A stretch of 64,000 bases of DNA from Takakia lepidozioides (lineage: Eukaryota; Plantae; Bryophyta). Position numbers and translations under genes: made by a program. The DNA lies in assembly GCA_030704615.1 (NCBI GenBank), contig CM060733.1, forward strand, positions 59,706,001 to 59,770,000, in the 5' to 3' direction. Positions 10,375 to 24,422 of this stretch are shown one piece after another. The first letter of the stretch is position 1. Every line of letters begins with the position of its first letter. The notes below the pieces were generated by a model. That model did not search any database, was not told the DNA's origin, and saw only the letters and a list, made by a program, of their open reading frames with translations.

Positions 10375-12900
10375 TACCCACACGTCCGGATCGTCAAGGT
10401 TAAGGACTTGAGAGCAGTGTCCCTACGAATGGCTGCAGGCAAATCCGGCTCTCGGCCAAGAGAAGGAAATATGGTGAGAAGGAGGCAAGTGATGCTTGTT
10501 TGCTGAACCTGTAGCCCATGGCTAACCAAAGAACCTGAAGATCCCAATCTCCTAGGTGTCCCTTCTGCAAGCCATACTTGCGCAAACCCCTCTTCACCGT
10601 CTGAACAACTCTCTCTGCTAAGCCATCGGCCTCAGGATGATCCCGAGAAGTGGTGCGGTGGTCTATCAAGGCTTTATCACACAAAGCCTGAAACTCCCCC
10701 AAGAACTCTCTCCCTTGGTCCGTGAGTACCTCAGCTGGAGCACCAAATCGGCTAAGCACACGATCCAAGAATGCATACGCAGCCCCCTCACTAGCCTTGT
10801 CAGGCAATGGAACCAACTCAATCCACTTGGAGAAGTGCTCCACCATCACCAACACATATCTGTGGTGGCGCATAGTCAGTGGCAACGGTCCTGCGAAGTC
10901 AAGACTCCACCTGTAGCCCAATCCCATGATTGGTAAAGGATGCAACTGTGGTGTAGGGGCGTTGAATGAAGCACGCACCCTGTCACACACCATGCACCTA
11001 GCCACGAACTGTTGCACCTCTGTATGCATACCACGCCACCAATACTGCCTGCAGTAAACTGTGAGTGCGTCGCACTCCAAAATGCCCCAACTCCTCATGG
11101 GCATGCCGCACTAACCGTGCACGCTGTGTGGGGTGAGGCACAATCCTCACCCGACCATCCTCCCACACTCGAAGTAGGTGTATCCCCTCCCACTTGAACC
11201 TCTTGGCTCGTTGCAGGATCCGATCCTCTCCCTGGCAGTCACAGTGGCTGCCGTGTCTCCCGTGCGGAGGTAGTCCAACACAGCCGAATCCTCATGTATA
11301 TCTCTGGCACCACCTGGCTCATCACTAGCCTCAGGGTCCTCAGACACTCCGTCTACAGTCATCCCTGTTGTAGGTCCAACCTGACCTCCCGATGCCAAGA
11401 TACACAAAAATGCAGATGCGTGCCATCCCGACACATCTCCTCGTCCGTCTCACCATGCACCGAGCTCCAGTGTCATCCTGCTGGCTCATGCATGGATTGC
11501 GACTCAATCCATCCGCATCCCGATTGACCAAACCCGGTCGATGCACAACCTGAAAGTCATACTCCTGGAGTATATGAGTGCCCACCGTGCAAGCTTCCCC
11601 GTAAGCTTGTCTGACTCCATCAACCACTTGAGTGGCTGGTGATCCGTGACAAGGGTGAAAAGATTGCCGTATAGATAGCACCTGAAGTGTGCCACGGCCC
11701 ACACTGCAGCTAAGCACTCTCCCTCATATGAGCTGTACTTAGCCTCTGCAGCGTTGTTCGAGCGGCTAGCATAAGCCACTACGAACTCTCTTCCCTCATC
11801 ATCCACCTGTGTGAGCACCGCTCCAAGCCCCAGCATGCTCCAATCCGTATGCAGCTGAAAGGGACGCCCCCTGATAGGTCGTCTCAAGATAGGCGCCGAG
11901 GTCAACCTCGCCTTGAGCTCTTGAAAAGCTCGTTCCTGCTCATCTTCCCACTGCCACTCGGTCCACCTTGGTCAGCTTGGTTAGAGCCTTTGCAATGGTA
12001 CTAAATCCCTTGACAAACCGTCTATAATAGTTTGCCAACCCCATGAAAGCTCGAACTCGGCTCACATCCGTGGGGCATTGTGCAATGGCCTCTACCTTAG
12101 TCTGCTGTACCCCCAATCCTCCAGGATATATCATGTGACCCAGATACTCAATCTGGTTGTGGAAAAACTTGCACTTCCCCGGATGCAACTTCAATCCGTG
12201 CGCTCTCAAGCGCTCCAATACCACCTGAAGGTGTCTCTCATGCTCCTCCATCGTAACACTAAAGATGATGATGTCATCTATGTAGCACCGAGCAAAGTCC
12301 ACCCCTGCTAGAATCCTATCCATGACTCTCTGAAACTCTGCAGGAGCATTCTTAAGCCCAAATGGTAAGAACCGCCACTGATATAGGCAATCCTTGCCGT
12401 GCTCATTGATCCCCCAGAATGTCGTCTTCTGCTTGTCCGCCTCCTTGATTGGCAACTGGTGATATCCGGATCGTAAATCCAAAGTGCTAAAGCCTTAGCA
12501 TGCCCGATGGCATCAAAGATCTCCTCTGGTGTTGGCATGGCATACTTATCGGACTTGGTCTGACGATTTACAGGCCGGTAATCACCGCACATACGTCTCT
12601 CCGTCCAATTGCCATAGACATCCTTCTTGGCTGGCATCACTGTGGCTGAAGCATACTCTCCACCAGAGAGCTCCACCAAACCTGCCTCCCAGAGATCTTG
12701 AGTCCTCATCTGAATCAAAGACCTCTCCATGTCACTGTATCTATAGGGTCTCCGAAAGATTGGCGTGTCAGTGGCCAACTCAATACGGATCTCTTGACCC
12801 TTCAGTGCTCCAAGTCTTCAAACTGAAGCAAAGCAATTCCTGTAAGCCCTCAGGAACCGCCGTATACGTCGTCTCTCTCCTCCGGTGACAATGGGTCCAA
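10375..12900 (-). pseudogene. RT, RNase H and integrase core of the DNMT-Gypsy element
   Basis: RT: RMCGDYRPVN, DLRSGYHQ, LPFGLKNAPAEFQR, YIDDIIIFS. RNaseH: LHTDWSMLGLGAVL, YSSYEGECLA, VTDHQPL. Integrase: CMVC, WSLDFAGP, LTDQGREF, HPEADGLAER. Confidence 0.95.
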
Positions 12901-13269
12901 TGTCAGGCTCCCAATTGTCCTCCGTAACTGCAACCTTAAGTCCAGTGGGCTTAGAGGTAGAGGACGCGTCCAGTGGTTGCTATGTTGCAACCTCTTGAGC
13001 AGTACTCCCTACCTGCTCAGTCAATGACAAGGCCTCATCCTGCCCCATCATCTCATCCTGAGGACTCCTCACCGAGAAAAATCCCCAACCTCATCACGCC
13101 ACCTTGGCTGCCAACTCCTCTGAACCTCGAGCACCTCCCACGTGTGCCATGGATGCATGCACCCCGTGGTCCTCACATGCTCGCCCCACTCACTGCCTGT
13201 ACCGTCTCGGTAGGCAGAGAGACCATGAGGGAAGTGTACTCCGCACTCTGCGTTGCTCAGCCAGAGCCA

Positions 13270-14215
13270 AGCTGATAATCCAGGTCAAGCAATTGAGATC
13301 CATTGCTTGCCCCAACACTTGACGACGTGATGCCTCAGAAAGAGACGACACCGCCGTGGTACCAGTGGTAAAACCCATTGCCCGCTCACGCTCGTCAGCA
13401 TTAGGCTCCACTAACTGCTAAACTGAGCATCCCACAGGAGGCCAGGTCCACTATCCCGGAAAGCATGCGATCCTGGGAAGCTGAGCAGTGTAGGTAATGC
13501 TGCTCGTGGTTGACCCACCTTGTTGACCACTGCCAAAGGCGAACGGTCATCGTGTCTCACACGCTGAGACTGCCTCCCTGTGTCCAGAATGTTATCCACT
13601 GTGAGATGTGCTGGCCGCTGCACCCCATCAAATGCACGCTTGAGCAGTGCGGGTGGCATCAAGTTAGTCCACCATAGCCGTGGACGATGAGCCCGTGACC
13701 CCACTGTAGCTGCATCTAGCAACACTGCTGACCCAAGCCACGACCGGACTTGATGCACACTGGCCATCACCCTGGCCCGAGAATCGCCCATCAGTGGCAC
13801 ATTCTCCAAGATGTATGCTGGAGATACAGCTTGATGAAGCTGCAAGTGGCGCAAAACCCGCCATCTCCCAAAACAGACCCGACCTCGAGTCTCGCAATCC
13901 ATTGCCATGCCCGGCTGATGAATGCCCTTGGCAGGGCCAACCTGCCACTACCAGATCAATGGAGCCAACCCGCTCCAAATCCTGCGCCCCCAGCAACGAA
14001 ATGTCTGCTGGCAAGGCCTGCTGATATCCACGAATTGCAGACACCGACAACAACTCAGGGTACCGCTGCACCAACTGAGCAACATGGCGAAGTGAAACGC
14101 GTCGTGCAGTCTCATCCCTCTCCACATACAGGTAACGCCGAACTCGACACCTGCCTGTAACACAGCAGCCAATCCGGTGCTGATCCCGCCAAACAAGTCC
14201 AGAAGACAAATGCCT
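13270..14215 (-). pseudogene. C5 cytosine DNA methyltransferase domain within the Gypsy polyprotein
   Basis: Motif I LLDLFGG, II YVERD, III ADI, IV GWPCQG (13923-13943), VI ILENV (~13800), VIII HRPRLWW, IX ERERAMGF, X RRQVLGQAM, read across a few 1-nt frameshifts. Confidence 0.93.
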
Positions 14216-14559
14216 TCATCCGGATACTGCCACACAATAGGTGTGGTGTCCAATGGAGACAATTGAGGTGGTCCTGGTGCAATCCCCGCACTCTCCTCCT
14301 CTCCTGACGGTACAAAAAGCCTCCACCCAGGCTTGTTGCACCCGTCGATCAGCATCCCGCTGCAAATCCTTGCTCGTGCCCCACAATGGAGTCTGAGCAA
14401 CCATGGTAGGCAACTCCGCCATACCATACATGTCATCCTGCTCTCCCGGAGGTGGTACATCCTCTGAATGAGCGTTGCCCTCAAGCAACTCTCTAGGCCA
14501 ACTCACTGCCGCTGTGAATGCTGCTAGTGTCGGCATCTTGCCTCGCTGGGCAACCGCAA

Positions 14560-17120
14560 CTCCTCCTATGAACGTCACAGGGAGCTGCACACGCCGGCCC
14601 TCCCCTGACTGCCATGCAGGCCTATAGGAAGCTGACTCCTCCCAAAAATCCAGGGTGAAGCCCATGGGGTAAACACTGCCCCACCAACCAGGACATCGTA
14701 TGAGACCGCGTCTGTCACAATGGCCTTGGCTCGCATCACTGAGCCATCTGTAGGGTGATCCGGCCGTAGTCTGATAGCCAACTCACGCCGTGTCCATGCC
14801 CCGAGCCTGCTCCGATCCTCCCAGAGACGTCTGTATCTGGAAAGGACAAGGCTCCATATCCGCCTCCGTGAGGCCCAAGCCTGCAATAGCAGCTCTGCCC
14901 AGCATCAATGGCTGAGCTCCCGAGTCCAACAAGACCCGCAGTGGCCGGTACCTCTTGCCTGCCGGTCCACTCAAACAGAAAATGCCATCCTGGTTGTCTA
15001 ACATGAACTCCAGGTGTCACCATGGCGCGCTCAATGGCTGGCCTAGCTGGCAGCTCCATCAACCTGGCAGCTGCAGCTTGCCATGGCGCCGCCGTGGCAG
15101 TCTTGACCCTCAAATCCGAGGATCCCTCCGGCACTACACCTCCCACTATAACCTCCCCACTCTCACAGTGTAGCTGCCAGCCTGAACACCTCAGCTGGTC
15201 TTACCCCCGGCGTCGCAATCATGGTAGCCGAGAACAATGGAGCCTGGCACACAGATGTGGCCGCTCCTAGCAGCACACTAGCTGCCGTAGCCTTGGCAAA
15301 CTAGGTAGTGGTGCTACCCGTGTAGCTCTCCCCAATGGCATAGTAACCTCCGCCTCGGTAACAGTCGGGCGAGAACTAGGTGCCATGGATGGCGTCGACA
15401 CTGTCTCCGCCAATGTGAATGACTGAGGAAGCCTAGCCTGACGGCTTGCCTCCCCACGCTGTGGATCCAACTCCACCTCTGCACCTCGTGGCTCAGGAAC
15501 TCGTGCTGCTCCTCGAGTCACGGCTGCAGCAGACTCCACCTGCACTAGTGGTAGTGCTGCTCCACACATGAATCCCATGCCTCCCATATCTCCTCCCTCA
15601 GGAGCAGGAGGTGGACCATCCGGCCTTAGAGCCGGTACCACCTGAGCTGTAGCCATGGCAGCGAGCCTCTGCTCTAGCTGCTGAAGCCGGTTGGCCATGC
15701 CTTGGTCAACACCCTGACCTCCGCGTCCTTGGCCATGTTGAGCTTGCCCTTGGCCTGCACCTCGTGGCTGGCCACCTCGTCCTCTCTGGGCTGCTCCACC
15801 TCGCCCCGGCCACCATGTTCCCTTGGAACTGGCCTGGGCGCAACTCAGGATGCAAACCATAACACTGGGCCTCTCCATGCCCGTGCTTGCCACAATGCCC
15901 ACACTGCAACTGTGCAGGCTGTGCATGTGCCGGCCCTTTGCCTCCCTCTGGGCAATCCTTCTTGACATGGGGTCCTCCACATGTCCAGCACACCACATCC
16001 GCCCGTTGTTGGCCAGCAAAATGAAGGGAGAGACCCCTGCATCTGAGGTCCTCTCTGCCCTTCCCTGAGCTTCACCTGAGCCCCCTTGTTGCCTTGAGCA
16101 CGTTGAGGTAGTGGTTGGCTAGGAGCACCACTACCCCGTGGTGTCTCCTTAGCAAATCCCACCATGACCACTCGTTCCTCCACCATGTTGAGCTCTATCC
16201 GCTCTGCCAGCAAAAACACATTTGCTAAGGTGGGTTGGGCCGCTTGTAGGAGAGTTGCATCCCGCACCCTTCTCCTCAGCTCCTTGTCCAATATCCCATA
16301 CCAGAATTGGACTGCCTGAGCTTCCGTAACCCCTTGGGTTACATTTATCAAGCGCCTCATGCGAGTGAAAGCCTCCCTCAAGCTCTCGGTCGGCTTCCGT
16401 TGGAACTCTTGCAAGCTCCGCAACTTTCTGTCCTCACCCCTTGGTAGTTCCCTCTCAACTCTTCGAAGAACTCCACAACAGGGTTGAAGGCAGGCACGGG
16501 TGCTAGTGCTGGTGCGGTAGTGGCTTGGGTGGACGTCGTAGCTACTGTACCACCAGTCCCACTAGTCCCACTGCTTGCTGAAGCTGCCGGTGCAGCGGCA
16601 GGTGTAGCCACTGCCCTCGTGGCTCTAGTGCCCCTAGTGATGGAGACATAGTCGGGTGACCAGTACATCCTCCACTCCTCGATCTCAACCTCATGCCCCC
16701 GCCTGAACTCATGGTAATCATCCATAGGCGGCCCCTCAAGGTGCTGAAACAGCCCCTTCCATGCCATGAAAGGCGTAAATAGTTGTGGATTGCGCATTTG
16801 CTGCAAATCACACCAACTATCAAACTCTTGGATAAAATCATCCAACTCGATGGTGCCCACCCCCAGAGTACCTTCGTGGCCCCTTGGTAGCTCCATACAT
16901 CTCCTCCATTGTGTCCCACAACAATGGCAAAGAAACAACTTGCACCGCCGGTATGAGTCCTCCTGATTCACAATCCGAATCAGAACCTTCCGTAGAAGAC
17001 ACAGAGGTGAAGGTGGCCTAAACCGCACACCTCGTCTCGTGTACCCACTAGTATCGCTAGTGCTCGAACCGGCACTCCCCAGCAACTAGTGGCACCTCCG
17101 TGTTGACACTCAACCGGTCA
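14560..17120 (-). pseudogene. Gag (two zinc knuckles) and aspartic protease of the DNMT-Gypsy element
   Basis: Gag-like FQRKPTESLREAFTRMRRL. Knuckles CWTCGGPHVKKDC and CGHCGKHGHGEAQC. Protease RVLLDSGAQ..YDVLVG. Confidence 0.85.
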
Positions 17121-17789
17121 TGAACATGTCCCTAACCCCCTCTCCACAAGGGTAACCGGGTAGAGAACCTGTTGCGGCTTATGGTTTGGAATACTAAGTT
17201 CCTAACATAGCCTACACCTGTACCTGCATCCACCGCAAGCACTCCTATGGTTGGCTGGTCATCACCTCCAACCTCACCACAGGAGAAACAATGATGGTCT
17301 GGCTGGTCATCACCCCCAGCCTCACCATCGACAGCATGCTCTAGGACTGGCCGGTGATCAAATCCGGACCAATCACCTATAAAAACAAGCGCCCACACAA
17401 AACTAGCATGGCGCACAGTCAAGCATGCAGGTATGGAGGGGATCCAAACACAAGAAATCAGAACGACAACTCCCCCACACCAAAAACAACTCCACGGTGT
17501 TGCTCCTGCAAGGACACCCCAGCCCAAACCCGGACTGACTCTTGCCTCCACCTACGGAAAGGTCTTGGCCTAATGAGAGGGTGGAAACTACGAGGAAGAG
17601 AAGCTAAAGCAATGCCTAACCCCAGCATGCCTCATCCCAACACTCTTCCTCTCCTCTCTCCCTCACTTGCATGACCATGGGAATATCATGAAGATACTCC
17701 TCAAACGCCCTCCACGAGCTTCAAAATTCGGCCTTCAAGACCACATGCCAGTCCTTAGGCAGTCCACCAGTGCCTCCAGAGTCAGCACA

Positions 17790-18852
17790 GGCCGTCAGGT
17801 CCACAGCCACCACAGACCAGCACAGGCCCACACAGCTCAATGGTCACAGCCGTCACAAGCCCCACACAGGCCAGCCTGTCACAACCCTACACAGTCACAG
17901 GATCACAGCCCCACAGCCTGTAGGTGTCACAGCCCGTCACAACCCCAAAGGCCACAGGCACCTGTCAAGTCCTACAAAGGCACTCACAGCCCCAAAGGCC
18001 ACCTGTCACAGCCATCACAGCCCCACATGCCACAAGGCAGCCTGTCACAGCCCTTCATAGCCCTCCCAGAGGCCACAGGGCACAGCCTGTCAAGCCCCTC
18101 ACAGCCCATCACAGCCCCACAGGCCACAGGCACAGCCTGTCACAGCCCCTCACAGCCCCGTCACAAGCCCACAGCCTGTCACAGTCACAGCCCCACAGGC
18201 CAAGGGCACAGCTGTCACAGCCCCTCACAGCCCTCACAGCCCCACAGGCACTGGCACAGCCTGTCACAGCCCCTCACAGCCCTGCACAGCCGTCACAGCC
18301 CCCTCACAGCCACAGCCCCACAGGCCACTGGGCACAGCCTGTCACAGCCCTCACAGCACAGCCACACACAGCCCGTCACAGCCCGTCACAGGCCACATGG
18401 CACAGCTGTCATAGCCCTCACAGCCCGTCACAGCTCGCCACAGCCCCATAGGCCACATGGCACAGCTTGTCATAGCCCTCACAACCCGTCACAGCTCGCC
18501 ACAGCCCCACAGGCCACATGGCGCCGCCTGTCACAGCCCCTCACAGCCCGTCATAGCTCGCCACAACCTGTTACAGCCCGTCACAAGCCCCACAGGCCAT
18601 AGGGCACAGCCTGCAGGCACTGGGCACACAAGCGTCACAGCACACAGTCACAGCCCGTCACAGCCCCACAGGCCACTGGGCACAGCCCGCCACAGCCCCA
18701 CAGCCACTGGCACAGCCTGTCACAGCCCCTCACAGTCCGTCACAGCCCCACAGGCTACACAGCCTGTCACAGGTCACAGCCCACAGGCCATTGGGCACAG
18801 CCTGACACAGCCGCCACAGCCCCACAGTGGCACACACAGCCCCACAGGCCAC
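17790..18852. repeat. Degenerate CACAGCC-based minisatellite in the 5' leader of the DNMT-Gypsy element
   Basis: About 1 kb built from CACAGCC, GTCACAGCC and CACAGGCC variants. Confidence 0.9.
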
Positions 18853-19722
18853 TCATGACAGTTTAGCCATTTCTCCAAGGGGTTTAGCCACGCCAAACTA
18901 GGGTTTGTGTCTCTTGGACTCTAGGCTTCTTTGCACCGAGCTATGGCGGCTGTGAAGAAATCAGCAAGGTATTCTTGCTCTTTCGGCTCCCACACACCAC
19001 CAATAGTAGCCCTAAGCCATGAGGAAGATGGTTGCCACAAACCAAACCTTCTTTCTCACTTAGACTCCCCAAACACGCCACTAAACTCAATGGCAACCAA
19101 CCAAGCCTTGCTGGTTTCCAGCCCTTGTGAGCACTCATTCAAGCGTTTCCCTTGGCCATAGCATCTGTCTTAGAGCCTATTCCAGCCCCCTAAACCTGCC
19201 ACTTCAAAGAGCCATGCTCTATCTAGGCTTGAGGTTGAAACCCCAACTCAGAACACGCTCTACAAGTGTCGGACTGTCACATAAGAGCATATCAGCCCCT
19301 TACCTTCTCTTCTAGTTCTCGAAAGCTTGAAACCTTCAACAAGCTGAAAGCAGCTCCATACATGCATTGCTCTCACATAAGGGAAGTCAGCCCTTCCCTT
19401 TCCCTTGCTTGCCCTCCAAGCTTGAAGATGGAAGCTTCAATGAGCTGAATACATGCTCCACACATGCAACCTCTTCACACAAGAGGTATCAGCCCCCTAT
19501 CTTGGCTCCTTAGCTCCTTGATGCTCTCTAAGACAAGACTAAGCACTCTACAACCTTTGCCAAGCTCCTGAAACCCTAAGGCTTATATTTCCAGCCACAA
19601 GACACTTCTCTTGGTGGTGCAAGAGCTATTCTTCCAAGCTCTGAAACCCTAGGTGCACATTCCATGGCCTTTGCCGCACCTCTTAGCTCCTGTTCCAGCC
19701 CTGCTCTTGCCATGACAAGAGC

Positions 19723-22700
19723 TGTCGCGCCACCTCACTTCGGTAAGCTCCCCCCTCAAGTCATAGTTACTCGCTTTGATGCGCGCCTGACTCCCAACCT
19801 GGCCGCCGGGCCAACTTGGAGCTTCGGCTGCTCACCGGGGGGCATAACGGTCCCCCTTTGTTCTCCCAAAGACCCTCCACCGATTGGAACCAGCGGAATT
19901 CCCTTTGGTAGTGGCAGTCCGGAAACAGCTCCCCACTCTTTGGTCGCTTTCCGGCTCGCTCGCTTACTCACTAGTTTTGGTCACCAAGGGCTTGCACCGT
20001 TCTCGGGGTTACTACTCCCTATATATACTTCTGTAGCTGTCCGCGGGGGTTTCACAACTAGCCATGCCATTTTATGGCGAACCACCCACGAAACCCTCGA
20101 CTCCCGGTGATGAGTCGCGGTGAGTCTTGGCCCACTCACCACGGTCCCTATGGACCGTGATGAGTCCCAAGACTCCCCACGACTCCACCACGAGTCTCCG
20201 CCCCCATGGTGAGTCCTATGCCACCCCCACTAAGTCCCGCTAAGCTACACCACCCTTGTGGAGCCACCCCCACCGCAACCCGGTGTGCGGGGCTCCACCT
20301 AATGAGCGCCTCCGCCTCCTTGCGTGCTTGGGCACTCAAGGGTGCTTCAGCCCCCATACCTATCGCTGGCCGCTGCCCCCACCACAGGGGCAAACCCCTC
20401 ATGTGTCCCGACCCCCCCCTGCCCTCAAGGCAAAGGGCCGACGCATCTGTATGAATCTCAAATGGACGATCGAACTCCGGGATTTTTCAAGACTGGAGCT
20501 TCCGCCATCCGCTGCTTCAATTCAGCAAAAAGCTTGGCCACAAAATGTGTTTCCATACCTAGACTTTGGATTTACACAGAAGGTCCGACAGCGGCCGCCC
20601 CCGCGATCTTGGCGGAAATTTCTCACATACTTCGGTAATAGGAGGCGAGTCCTAGGAAGGATCGCACTCCCGGGACCGAAGTCGGAGGCTCCCAGTCCAA
20701 GATCGCCCTCACCTTTCTGTCATCCATTTTGATCCCATCCTGTGTAATCACATGCCCCAGGAACTCCACTTTTGTGACCCCGAATTTGCACTTTGAAGCT
20801 TTGGCATACAGCTTCCCTTCTCGCAATTTTGGAACACCCTTTTTAGGTGCTCCAGGTGTTCTTCCTTTGTTTTCGAGTACACCAAGATGTCGTCGATGTA
20901 CACGATCACAAAGTCATCCAACCACTCCTGGAAAAGGCTGTTCATCAGCGTGCTAAATGTCGCTGGTGCATTGGTGAGCCCAAAAGGCATCACCAAGAAC
21001 TCATATGAAACCATACCTTGTCCTGCACGCGGTCTTCTCCTCATCTCCTTCCGCCACCCGAATTTGATGATAGCCGGAGTGCAAGTCGATCCGGCTGAAT
21101 ACTTCGCTCCTGCCAACGATCGAAGAGGTTGTCGATCCTTGGCAAAGGGTACCGGTTTTTGATAGTCACCTATTCAGAGCCCTGTAATCGACACACATCC
21201 GCAGCGTCCCATCCTTCTTGTCTGCGAATAGCACCGGGGCTCCGTAAGGTGACTTACTCGGCGGATGTACCCCTTTGACATTAGATCCTTGAGCTGAGTC
21301 TTCAGCTCGACCAACTCCCTGTGGCTCAACCGGTAGGTGCCTTGGCAGGCGGGTTCCATTCCGGTATCACCTCAATCTTGTGGTCAACTCCTCTTCGCGG
21401 TGGTGGCAAGCCGCTTGGTAAATCCTCTGCATCACATCCTGGTATTTCTCCAAAATCCCTTGATCCAATCTGGGCTCAGCTCCCATCGCCTTCTCCCTTC
21501 ACTTCTCTAATGTAAAGCAAAAACTGGGGCTCGTGTGCCTCCTCCACGGCCCACTCCCTTGCTGACAGAAGGTTTATTCGCCCTCCCACGGATTTGGGTG
21601 TTTTCGACACTCGTAAGACCTCGCTACCATTCCCACAAGGCAGCGTGACTACTCTCTTACGGCCATCTATTACCGCTCCGGATTTGTTCAAAAATGTCAT
21701 CCCCAAAATGAGATCTACTCCATCGATCTCGCAGATGGTGAAGTTCTCACGTCCCTCCCAACTCCCCAGTTGAAGATGAACATCAAACGCCAACCTTGTC
21801 GTCAACTCTGGTTCCTTTGGCAGAACGCACCTCAATAGAGGCCCCCACGTCACTTGTCGGAGTCCCAACTTTCGCGCTGCCGCCGGCGTCATGAAGGAGT
21901 GCGACGCTCCTGTGTCCACCTACAACGACACGTTAGTTCCGGATATTATCCCATCCATGAACAATAACTGACTCCCTTTATGCAGGGCGCCAGTTTCCTG
22001 ATACAACTCACAAGAATAGTTGCCTACCTTGCAAGTCCTGGCGACCACCGCTTCCACCAAGCGACTGATGGTATCTTTCGACAGCTCCGTGGTTGCCCGA
22101 GTCATGTTCAATTGTCGAGGTTTCGTGCACTTCTTGGCCATGTGCCCGGGCTCCCCGCAATTGAAACACACTCCATCAAAGGTCGCCTTATGTCCGCCAT
22201 AAGCCGCTCCACCGCTTTTCCTTTCGAAGCACCGGGTGTCGCCTTGACGTGTGAAGGCCCTCCCTTCGATTTCCACGTGCCATTGTCGCCGCGTGGCCTA
22301 TCCACTTCTTTTCCGGTCGGAAGGAGTCACCTTCCCGCCGGGTCTTCTTGTGGTTCAGCTCCGTACGGCCTTGTCTCTCACCCCTAGGGACATCCGAGAA
22401 ACATTCAGCCCTCTCAATTGCCTCGTTCAAAGTCTTGGGTGGCTTCTCCTCCAACTTCCGCCTGGCCCATGGGGCCAATCCTGCCACAAAGTTGAAGACC
22501 ATTTCTGGTTCTTCCATGTCCGTGACTTCGAGCAATAGCACATTGAAAGCCTAGACATACCCCCGAATGTCATCTGTTTGCTTCAAATTCCTCATCTTGT
22601 CCCGGGCAAGCCAGGACGCGTTGAGGGGCACAAACTGTCTCTTCATCAATTCCTTGAACCCACTCCAGTTCAAGGTTTCTGGGCTTGGACCTCGGTCGTG

Positions 22701-23957
22701 AAGGCGTTTCTGCCACCATTGTTGAGCAGCCCCTCAAATAGGTGGGAGCCACTTCCACCCGATCCTCGTCACTCAACTTGGCCGCCCGGAAGTACTGCTC
22801 TAGCTCCAGGACCAGGTGTTGAGTGCCTTCCGATTTCGGACCCCTCGAAGGGTGCCGGGTTCCTTAGGCTTCACCTTAAACTTTGCCTTAGTGGAAGTGG
22901 CATTAGCCGCCTTCAACACGTCTTTCAACGTCCCGCCAAACTGCGCCAACAACCCTTCCCAAAAGGCTGCCGGCATGGGAGGCATCTCTTGGTTGTCGGA
23001 GCTCTCAAGGATTCCTCGGGCTCCGACTCCTTGGATTCCTCCCGCTCTTGAGCGGCCTCGTTTTCGGAAACATGCATTGCTTCCTCCGGCCTCGGTGACA
23101 CGTCGCCCCCATCGGGCTCACCAGGATCATCATCTTTTGGGCCGTTCCGCTTTCGCTTCGGCTTGCCCGACCCCATGATGAGGCCAATCCCAAGGACGAT
23201 CGCGTACTGAACTCTAAGCTCTGATACCAAGTGTCGCGCACCTCACTTCGGTAAGCTCCCCCCTCAAGTCATAGTTACTCGCTTTGATGCGCGCGCCTGA
23301 CTCCCAACCTGGCCGCCGGGCCAACTTGGAGCTTCGGCTGCTCACCGGGGCATACGGTCCCCCTTTGTTCTCCCAAAGAACCCTCCACCGATTTGGAACC
23401 AGCAGGAATTCCCTTTGGTAGTGGCAATCCGGAACAGCTCCCCACTCTTTGGTCGCTTTCCGGCTCGCTCGCTTACTCACTAGTTTTTGGTCACCAACGG
23501 GCTTGCACCGTTCTCGGGGTTACTACTCCCTATATATACTTCTGTAGCTGTCCGCGGGGGTTTCACAACCAACCATGCCATTTTATGGCGAACCACCACG
23601 AAAACCCTCGACTCCCGGTGATGAGTCGCGGTGAGTCTTGGCCCACTCACCACGGCCCCTATAGACCGTGATGAGTCCCAAGACTCCCCACGACTCCCAC
23701 CACGAGGTCTCCGCCCCCATGGTGAGTCCTATGCCACCCCACTAAGTCCCGCTAAGCTACACCACCCCTTGTGGAGCCACCCCCACCGCAACCCGGTGTG
23801 CGGGGCTCCACCTAGTGAGCGCCTCCGCCTCCTTGAGTGCTTTGGGCACTCAAGGGTGCTTCAGCCCCCCATACCTATCGCTGCCGCTGCCCCCACCACA
23901 GGGGCAACCCCTCATGTGTCCCGACCCCCCCTGCCCTCAAGGCAAAGGGCCGCGACA
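19723..23957 (-). mobile_element. Chromodomain-family Ty3/Gypsy element with two LTRs; RNaseH-integrase region deleted
   Basis: LTRs at 23232-23957 and 19723-~20445. 5-bp TSD AGAGC at 19718-19722 and 23958-23962. tRNA-iMet PBS TGGTATCAGAGC at ~23218-23229. Gag with CFNCGEPGHMAKKC, protease [20 protein letters not shown]. Confidence 0.93.
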
Positions 23958-24422
23958 AGAGCCCTCTCAATGTTGAAGCTCGAGATTGAAAACCAATCTC
24001 ACCATACTCCACAAAGTGCATTGATTTGCCCCAAGCCAAATCAGCCCTTTCGCTTGGTCTTGCAATCCTTCACACAATGAAAGCTCGCATTCCCAAGTCC
24101 AGTTCTCAGCTTTGCCACCAAAGCCACTATAACCTGCTCTTGACTAGTCATCTTCCCAATCGTGCTTGCTCATGCATGTACATAATCTGAAACCATCAAG
24201 GTGCTCTGGAATTACCTGCAGCATGGTGCTTTCATCTCTGAAGCTGAAGATCGAATGCCAAGGTCTACCACCTCGTAACCCACATCGCCTCCGCTTTTAA
24301 CAACCAAGAGCTCCACGGTGCTCCTTGCATAACAACTTGGTTTTCTCTTCTCAAGCAAAAACCACAAGTGCTACAACTAACTCGTATCTGGCACTCACAG
24401 ATACGAGCTGATCTTTCTCGAG

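Noticed and set aside
17667-18858. Long ORFs (311, 175 and 133 aa) rich in H/S/P/Q/T
   Set aside because: They are by-products of the stop-poor CACAGCC repeat.
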